Shown: positions 55,867 through 64,000 of the stretch, piece by piece | Layout: each line of letters opens with the position of its first letter | Position numbering within the stretch: the stretch's first letter is position 1 | NCBI GenBank assembly: GCA_035063585.1 | Contig: JAPSGB010000022.1 | Location: forward strand, 1-64,000 | DNA from: Polyangiaceae bacterium | Lineage (GTDB): Bacteria > Myxococcota_A > Polyangia > Polyangiales > Polyangiaceae | Direction: 5' to 3' | DNA: 64,000 nt | The notes under the pieces: model-generated | The model's database searches: none | Seen by the model: only the letters and a program-made list of their open reading frames with translations | What the model was told of the DNA's origin: nothing | Program-made: the position numbers and the translations under genes

Positions 55867-58623
55867 ATGAAGCGCGCGAGCTGGCTGACCGTCGTCTTGG
55901 TCTCGGGAGCGTCGTTCGTCGCCTGCGGAGGGTCGGATGATGCTTCGCCGGGCGAGCACGCGAGCGATGCATCGGCCGGGGACGCCGGGCACGACGCCGT
56001 CGCGTCCGACGGGGGCGCGACCGGCGGCGCTGGTGGTGCGGCCGGAGGAGCGGGGTCTGGCGGCGCGGGAGCGGGGTCTGGCGGCGGGGCGACGGATGGC
56101 GGCGCCGACGCGACGGCCGACGGACCGAAGCCGGACTGCTCGACCGCAGCCGACTGCCCTCCGCCCGCCGACTGTTTCGGCGCGGCCTCGTGCGTGAACG
56201 CCGAGTGCGTCTACGTGCCGCTCGTGCGCGGCGCGACCTGCGGAAGCGCCGCCGACAAGTGCCACACGCGGACCTGCGACGGCGCCGGGACGTGCCAGTC
56301 GGAGCCCGTCGTCTGCACCGCGCCGCCCGCGACCGCGGTCCCGGTGACTTGCCCCGCCGGGACCACCTTCAAGGCCGCGCTCGGCGGCGCGTGCAACACG
56401 ACGTGCGACGCCGCGAGCGGCTGCGTCTACGGCACGGTCGATGTCCCGTGCCCCGATCCCGGCGCCGTGCTTCCTCAGAAGTGGGCTTACCAAGCGAAGC
56501 TGAGGAGCTACTTGAAGGCGCAGTCCCAGGCGTCGTTCGACGTGCCAGCCCCGAGCTTCACCTTCGATCCGAACGCGGCAAGCTCGGATGACGACCTCTA
56601 CCGACTCTGGATCGGCGCGCACTACGACACGGAGACCGGCAACCTACCGGCCGCGTGGTTACTCACCCAGGTGCCCTCGTCGAGCTTCGTCCTCACCGCG
56701 ATGGAGTCGACGACGCCGCCGAAGGTCGCGGCCGGCGCCAACGCCGCCTCCGAGGTCGTCGGCGCGCTCTTCTACGGGGACTGGAGCTACGCGGGCAACC
56801 CGTACCGTGGCGCGCCGGGGGTGCTCCGCCGCATCTTCGCGATGACCGCAGCCGATCTGATGCTGATGGACGCTGCGCTCGCTGGTAGCGTCAACGTCGA
56901 CGACGCGAGCGGCGCGCTCCCGAGCTACGGCTACGTCGGCGCGCGGATCAAGGACGAAGCGAGCATCGACGCCTGCGTCCGGGCCGCGTACTTGGTCGGC
57001 TTGCGCCGCATCTTCGACGGGTTCGAGCCCAAGAACGTCGGCAATGGCAACGGCGACATGCTCATCGCGCAGGCGGCCGGGTACGCCTTGATGGCCGAGG
57101 CGCTCGGCGACGCCCCGACCCGCGCTCGCGCGGCGGCCAAGGCCACCGCTCAGATCGACGCCATCTGCGATCCGGCTGGCTTTTGTACGCACCAGGGCGG
57201 CGGCTACGATCCCTTCTACGAGGGCTGGACGCAGAACCACGTCTCGGTCGCCGCGAAGGTGTCCGGCTGGCCCGCCACGGTGGCGTTCGCCCAGGCCGTG
57301 CACGCCGCCCGCGCGTACACGTCGTTGCCGCAGCCGGAGCAGGTGGGCGACCCGTGGGCGCTCGCCGAGCCCTGCCTCGGTCCGTCGGAGTTCTCGCCTG
57401 CGACGCCCTGGGGCGCGTGCGAGTTCGGCGGCGACTACCCCTACGGCCGAGACGCCCTCACCGCCGACCTCGACGACGACGCGCTCTACCTCGTCGCGGG
57501 CGGCCAGCCCGGCACTCCCGCCTTCCCGAGCGTCGCCACGATGAAGGCCGACCTCGCCAGCTCACGCGGCGTCACGCGCGCGTGGGGGTTCGCCTCGGGC
57601 GGAACCGACGAGCTGTCCAAGTGGTCGATACGGCACTACGCGCGCGGCCTCTCGGGTGGGCTCCTCTACTACACGCCGGGCACCTACGCCGCGCGCGCGG
57701 CGAAGCTGAGCGTGAACCCCGAGCTCGCCAAGCTGCCCGTGCTCCGCGCTGCTGACTATGTGAAGGCGCTCGGGGCGACCGATGCGACGCATGCGCCTCA
57801 GCTGCTCGTCGCCAAGTTCGGCGGCGCCGACCCTTACTCGCTCGTCCTCCACACCGGCTTCATCGATACCCAGTACGCCGGCGCCGGGACCGGCGGCGGG
57901 CAGCTCGCCGCGTTCTGGGGCAAAGAGCAGGGCGCGGCGCTCCTCGGGTGGAACATCGGACGCAACTACACCTTCGGGCAGTCGAGCCCGGTCGAGTGGC
58001 TCGACTGGTCCAACTGGACGAAGTGGACCGCGCACGTCGTGAGCGGCCGCTCCGGCACGAAGATCTTCAGCTCCGGTCGCCTGCACGCGCCGACCGCTTC
58101 CTATGACCTCGGCACGCCCGGGGTCGCGGTCGTGACGGTGTCGGGTGATCTGCAGAACCCACCCGCGGCAGAGTCGGCGCTCTCCGGCCACGTGCTCTAC
58201 TCGCGTACCTTCCATGTGAGCGCGGCCGGGGTCACGGTGGACACGAGCGTCGCCCCCTCGGGGGCCGCGCCCGCGATCGACGAGCTCTACGAGACGTTTC
58301 CGATCTTCATGCGTTTTGCTGGCGAGCAGCAGTCTGCGTCGATGATCACCTTCCGCGTTCGGGGGGCGGGCGCGTTCGCCGCCGCGCCGGCCCTGGGCAC
58401 CGAGCGAGCGGACGTGGACGCGGTCCGCATCACCCGCTACGGCCGCACCGTGGAGCTCGTCTTCTCGAGCGGTCATCCGATGAAGCTGGTCGCGGCCGAC
58501 ACGCCGCTCCCGTCGAACCTCGCCTCGCTCGGCTACACGAGCCAAGTCCTGCTCGTGAACCTGGGCGCGAGCGGCGGCCCGCTGACGCCCGTGAGCACGC
58601 ACTACACCGTGCGGTACTTGTGA
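55867..58623 (+). CDS. Large lipoprotein: Gly-rich linker, Cys-rich domain, helical domain, beta-rich C-terminus
   Basis: FVAC lipobox; 918-aa ORF with GC3-biased codons. Confidence 0.85.
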   Translation: MKRASWLTVVLVSGASFVACGGSDDASPGEHASDASAGDAGHDAVASDGGATGGAGGAAGGAGSGGAGAGSGGGATDGGADATADGPKPDCSTAADCPPPADCFGAASCVNAECVYVPLVRGATCGSAADKCHTRTCDGAGTCQSEPVVCTAPPATAVPVTCPAGTTFKAALGGACNTTCDAASGCVYGTVDVPCPDPGAVLPQKWAYQAKLRSYLKAQSQASFDVPAPSFTFDPNAASSDDDLYRLWIGAHYDTETGNLPAAWLLTQVPSSSFVLTAMESTTPPKVAAGANAASEVVGALFYGDWSYAGNPYRGAPGVLRRIFAMTAADLMLMDAALAGSVNVDDASGALPSYGYVGARIKDEASIDACVRAAYLVGLRRIFDGFEPKNVGNGNGDMLIAQAAGYALMAEALGDAPTRARAAAKATAQIDAICDPAGFCTHQGGGYDPFYEGWTQNHVSVAAKVSGWPATVAFAQAVHAARAYTSLPQPEQVGDPWALAEPCLGPSEFSPATPWGACEFGGDYPYGRDALTADLDDDALYLVAGGQPGTPAFPSVATMKADLASSRGVTRAWGFASGGTDELSKWSIRHYARGLSGGLLYYTPGTYAARAAKLSVNPELAKLPVLRAADYVKALGATDATHAPQLLVAKFGGADPYSLVLHTGFIDTQYAGAGTGGGQLAAFWGKEQGAALLGWNIGRNYTFGQSSPVEWLDWSNWTKWTAHVVSGRSGTKIFSSGRLHAPTASYDLGTPGVAVVTVSGDLQNPPAAESALSGHVLYSRTFHVSAAGVTVDTSVAPSGAAPAIDELYETFPIFMRFAGEQQSASMITFRVRGAGAFAAAPALGTERADVDAVRITRYGRTVELVFSSGHPMKLVAADTPLPSNLASLGYTSQVLLVNLGASGGPLTPVSTHYTVRYL

Positions 58624-58683
58624 TGCATGGCTAGCGCGCTCGGCGCGCTAGCTGCGCGCGCCCGGCCGTGCTTCACTGGGGAG

Positions 58684-59409
58684 ATGAGCGTACTTCGCGT
58701 CACCTTGGTGTTCGCGCTCTCCGCGCTCTCCGGCTGCGGCGGAAACACCACGTCGGGCGGCGGCGCCGGGGGCACCAGCGGGGCCGCTGGCACCGGGAGC
58801 ACCAGCGGGGGAGGCGGCAGCGGGGGAGGCGGCGCCCGCGCGTGCACGACGGACCAGGACTGCCCGGACCACGGCGTGTGCGGTTACCCGAGCGCCGCCG
58901 CCTGCGTCGCGAAGGGGACCTGCTTCCCAGCGCCCGGGGCCGTCTGCGAGGCGTTCTCGCCGGGCTGCGCGTGCGACGGCTCCACGATCAACATGATCTG
59001 CACGGGGCTCCCCGAGGGATATGTGTCGAGCCCGCTCGCGTACGCCGGCCCGTGCGAGGACGCGGACGCAGGCTGCACGTCCGGGAGCTGTCTATCCACG
59101 ACGCCATGCACGTGGGACACGGACTGCGCGGCTCTCGGCTCGACGTGCGACCCTTGCGCGAAGCGGTGCGGTTGCGCCAGCACCGCGAGTACGTTCGCCT
59201 GCGGCAGCGAGCTGTCGTGCGATTCGGCGACGCAGTACTGCAGCATCGCGTCCGGCGGCCCCTGCTGCAATCCGCCCAGGTACTCCTGCGAGCCGGTCCC
59301 GGCCGCCTGTAAGAACGACGTGACGTGCGGCTGCATCGAGGCCGAGGTCGGCGCGCAAGAATGCTCGGACTCCGGCCGCGGGGTGACCGTACATTTTCTC
59401 TATCCATGA
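58684..59409 (+). CDS. Cys-rich lipoprotein
   Basis: GGAG RBS, LSGC lipobox, Gly-rich linker, dense Cys including a Kazal-like CACDG.T segment. Confidence 0.82.
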   Translation: MSVLRVTLVFALSALSGCGGNTTSGGGAGGTSGAAGTGSTSGGGGSGGGGARACTTDQDCPDHGVCGYPSAAACVAKGTCFPAPGAVCEAFSPGCACDGSTINMICTGLPEGYVSSPLAYAGPCEDADAGCTSGSCLSTTPCTWDTDCAALGSTCDPCAKRCGCASTASTFACGSELSCDSATQYCSIASGGPCCNPPRYSCEPVPAACKNDVTCGCIEAEVGAQECSDSGRGVTVHFLYP

Positions 59410-59671
59410 GCGGCGCGCCGACGCGGTGAGCGGTCCTGGTTCATCGCGGCTCGAGTGGCGCTCGCCGGCTCGCGCCGCCGGCCGCGTCGGACCGGCGAGG
59501 CGGCCGGGGCTACGGCCCCCGGCGCATGAACCGGCGGCGGCCGGCCGGGGACGGCGATCCCCGCCGGTTCTCGCCGAGGTCCGGCCGGAAGGGCGCCCGA
59601 GATCGCGCGAGCTCCCCGTGGTGCTCGCGCCCGAGCGGTGCCGCGCGCGTCGACGCACGGCGTCGTACGGC

Positions 59672-59700
59672 TAGACACCCCTCGCCCAAGGTGGTACGAG
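59672..59700 (+). promoter_or_regulatory. Putative sigma70 promoter of the atp operon
   Basis: TAGACA-N17-TACGAG with TG extended -10. Confidence 0.4.
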
Positions 59701-59794
59701 CGCGCGCGCCGCTGCCCTCGGGTGCCCGGGATTCGTCCCGAAGCGGTCGGCGCGCTCCTCTCCATCGCACGCCCGGCTCTCTTCTAGGTGACCC

Positions 59795-60295
59795 ATGCTG
59801 ACCACCGGATTTTGCGCCACGACCGCCACGAGCTCGCCGCTGCTCGCGATGGCCGGCGGCGGCGTGAACATCGACTTCGACCGCACCTTCTTGGTGCAGA
59901 TGGTCCTCTTCATCACGCTGGTGGTGGTGCTGAAGCCGCTGCTCTTCGATCCCATCTTGAAGGTGTTCGAGCTGCGCGAGGAGCGCACCGACGGCGCGCG
60001 TAAGTCCGCGCGCGAGATGCAGGAGAAGGCCGGCGAGCTCCTCCAGCGCTACGAGCGCGAGATCGAGCGAGTGAACCAGGTCGCGGCCGTGGAGCGCGAG
60101 AAGCTCCGCACCGAGACCGCCAAGCTCGAGGCCGAGATCCTCGCCGAGGCGCGCGAGGCCACGGGGAAGATCATCGAGGAGGGTCGGGCGAAGATCGACA
60201 AGGAGGTGAGCTCGATTCGCTTCGACCTCGGGCGTCAGTCGGAGCGCGTCGCGCGCGAGCTCGCCGTGCGGGTGCTCGGCCGGGAGGTGCAGTGA
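59795..60295 (+). CDS. atpF: ATP synthase F0 subunit b'
   Basis: TFLVQMVLF...LLFDPIL...REERT; coiled coil; alternative start ATG 59849. Confidence 0.88.
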   Translation: MLTTGFCATTATSSPLLAMAGGGVNIDFDRTFLVQMVLFITLVVVLKPLLFDPILKVFELREERTDGARKSAREMQEKAGELLQRYEREIERVNQVAAVEREKLRTETAKLEAEILAEAREATGKIIEEGRAKIDKEVSSIRFDLGRQSERVARELAVRVLGREVQ

Positions 60296-60999
60296 TGCGT
60301 CGCGTCGCCCCGCGCGTCGTGCGCTCGCTCTTCGCGCTCGCCGTGATCTTCGCCTTCGCCGCGCCCGTGCTCGCCGCCGAGGGTGGGGGCGAGCACGCCG
60401 CGAGCGGCGAGCATCACGAGGGGATCAACTGGTACTACGGGATGCTCGCCGAGTCGGCGGACGTGACCGAGCCGAACCTGCTCTTTCGCCCGAAGGGGAT
60501 GGCGGCGCCGGTCGGCGCGATGCTGCTGAACTCCGGCATCCTCATCTTCGGCGTGATCTACCTGGCACGGAAGCCGCTCGCCGACGCGCTCCGCAAGCGG
60601 CGCCAGTCGATCATGCACGGCATCGAGGACGCGGCGCGCATGAAGGACGAGGCTGCGGCGCGGCTCGCGGAGTTCGAGAAGAAGCTCCAGCACCTCGACG
60701 ACGACATCGAGCGCGTGAAGCGCGAGATGCGCGAGGCCGGCGAGACGGAGCGAGCCCGGATCCTCGCCGACGCGAAGGAGCGGCGCGCACGAATGGAGCG
60801 CGACGCGCGCGCCCTCATCGAGCAGGAGCTCAAGGCAGCCCGCGAGTTGCTGCTCGCCGAGACGGTGCGCGGCGCGGTGAAGACCGCCGAGGAGCTGCTC
60901 ACCAAGCAGATCGTGGCGGCCGACCAGCAGCGGCTCGCCGACGAGTACTTGGCGTCACTGAAGACCGTCCAGCTCGGCGGTCCGGGAGGCAAAGCGTGA
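60295..60999 (+). CDS. atpF: ATP synthase F0 subunit b
   Basis: LLN..IL....YLARKPL...L.KR...I; coiled coil; [10 protein letters not shown]. Confidence 0.88.
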   Translation: MRRVAPRVVRSLFALAVIFAFAAPVLAAEGGGEHAASGEHHEGINWYYGMLAESADVTEPNLLFRPKGMAAPVGAMLLNSGILIFGVIYLARKPLADALRKRRQSIMHGIEDAARMKDEAAARLAEFEKKLQHLDDDIERVKREMREAGETERARILADAKERRARMERDARALIEQELKAARELLLAETVRGAVKTAEELLTKQIVAADQQRLADEYLASLKTVQLGGPGGKA

Positions 61000-61541
61000 A
61001 ACCGTCGTCCGTGGTCGCCGAGCGCTACGCGCGCGCCATCTTCGAGCTCGCCATCGAGCAGAACCAACTGAAGCCGATCACCGAGCAGATCGGGGCCATC
61101 GCCGAGGTCTACGGAGCGAGCCGCGATCTCCGCGCGGTGCTCGACAACCCCCTGGTCACCGAGGACAAGCGCGAGGCCCTGCTCGTCGAGCTGGGCAAGC
61201 GGCTCGGGCTCGGCGAGACGGCGCTGAACGCGCTCCGCCTCATCGCGCGGCGCCGCCGGCTCGGCTCGCTCGCCATGATCGCGGCCCGGCTCGGCACCCT
61301 CGCCGACGAGCGCGCGGGCATCGTGCGTGCCACCGTGTCGAGCGCGGCGCCCCTCTCCGAGGCGTTCTACCAGAAGCTCGCCGCCGAGCTCGAGCGCGCC
61401 ACCTCCCGCAAGATCGTGCTCCAGAAAGAGGTCGATCCCTCGCTCATCGCTGGTGTCGTCACGCGCATCGGCGACAACACCATCGACGGAAGCGTCAAGG
61501 GCCGGCTCGCCACCCTCGAACGCCAGCTCCTTTCAGCCTGA
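60996..61541 (+). CDS. atpH: ATP synthase F1 subunit delta
   Basis: [35 protein letters not shown]. Confidence 0.95.
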   Translation: MKPSSVVAERYARAIFELAIEQNQLKPITEQIGAIAEVYGASRDLRAVLDNPLVTEDKREALLVELGKRLGLGETALNALRLIARRRRLGSLAMIAARLGTLADERAGIVRATVSSAAPLSEAFYQKLAAELERATSRKIVLQKEVDPSLIAGVVTRIGDNTIDGSVKGRLATLERQLLSA

Positions 61542-61567
61542 CTGGCTCCCCTACGAGAGAAAGCAAC

Positions 61568-63244
<1,677 letters not shown>

Positions 63245-63247
63245 GCC

Positions 63248-64000
63248 TTGGCGAACCTCAAGGCCATTCGCAAGCGGATCTCCAGCGTCAAGTCGACGCA
63301 GAAGATCACGCGCGCGATGAAGATGGTCGCGGGCGCTCGGCTGAACCGCGCGCAGCAGCGCATCACCGCGCTCCGCCCCTACGCGGTAGACACCGCCAAG
63401 GTGCTCGCCACGGTGGTCGCGGCCTCACCCGCGCAGGGGTCGTCCGAGGGCGCGCTCGACGACGCGGGCGCGCATCCGCTGCTCGCCGAGCGCGAGGAGA
63501 AGAACGTCCTCCTCTTGGTCGTCACCAGCGATCGCGGGCTCTGCGGCGCCTTCAACACCAACATCAACAAGGCGGCCGAGCGACTCTGGCGCGAGAAGGA
63601 AGCCGAGGGGAAGGTCGTCCAGCTCGCGACCATCGGCCGCAAGGGCCGCGACTACTTTCGCCGCCGGAACGCGCCCATATTTCACGTGTTCTCCGAGGTG
63701 TGGGACGACCTCGGGATGGACAAGGCGCGGCTCGTCGCGCGCGCCATCTTGAAGCCGTTCTTGGCTCGCGAGATCGACGCGATCTACGTCGTTTACAACG
63801 AGTTCAAGAGCGCAATGAGCCAGCGCGTGGTGGCCGAGCCGCTCCTGCCCGTCGAACGCGCGATGGCCGCCACCGAGCAAGCATCGGGGGAGGAGCGCTC
63901 GCCGCTCACCGACCCGAACCAGGCGACTCCGCTCGAGTTCGTCTTCGAGCCGAGCAAGGACGCGCTCTTCGAGCGGCTCGTCCCGATGTACATCGAGATC
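63248..64000 (+). CDS. atpG: ATP synthase F1 subunit gamma (partial; runs off the right edge)
   Basis: Not in the ORF track. TTG start, (M)ANLKAIRKRISSVKSTQKITRAMKMVA, TSDRGLCGAFN, FEP. Confidence 0.97.
   Translation, partial: MANLKAIRKRISSVKSTQKITRAMKMVAGARLNRAQQRITALRPYAVDTAKVLATVVAASPAQGSSEGALDDAGAHPLLAEREEKNVLLLVVTSDRGLCGAFNTNINKAAERLWREKEAEGKVVQLATIGRKGRDYFRRRNAPIFHVFSEVWDDLGMDKARLVARAILKPFLAREIDAIYVVYNEFKSAMSQRVVAEPLLPVERAMAATEQASGEERSPLTDPNQATPLEFVFEPSKDALFERLVPMYIEI

Noticed and set aside
59410..59670. Possible structured ncRNA upstream of the atp promoter (ggttcat...atgaacc inverted repeat)
   Set aside because: Pairing potential is expected at this GC level and I recognise no family motif.

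Overview
A very GC-rich bacterial chromosomal segment. Gene content points to a myxobacterium, most like Polyangia/Sorangiineae (inference): MYXO-CTERM-like sorting tails, Cys-rich/Gly-rich lipoproteins, PEGA, TPR, FHA, GYF, DUF4388-like and zinc-ribbon proteins, and a split atp operon. About 60 genes are supported. They include sppA, crcB, mutS2, dsbD, comF, ruvA, a NUDIX hydrolase, a sigma54 response regulator, a ClpA/C ATPase, cysK, folK, a 9-gene heme-copper oxidase operon, an ECF sigma-factor module, and the start of the atpF'-F-H-A-G operon. I saw no rRNA, tRNA, CRISPR array, transposase or integrase. The main observations are: (1) an intergenic array of hairpin-forming 72-bp units whose two variable blocks occur in all four combinations, with a core that recurs as a dispersed REP/BIME-like element; (2) an A-family oxidase subunit I that appears to lack the K-channel Thr/Lys and carries extra membrane Glu residues; (3) a four-gene ECF module in which an identical TCAGAAA-N16-CAT motif precedes both the sigma gene and a downstream lipoprotein gene; (4) -10 hexamers 6-9 nt before many start codons, suggesting leaderless mRNAs; (5) a ~53-aa insertion in AtpA. 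All calls come from reading motifs by eye; no database searches were run.
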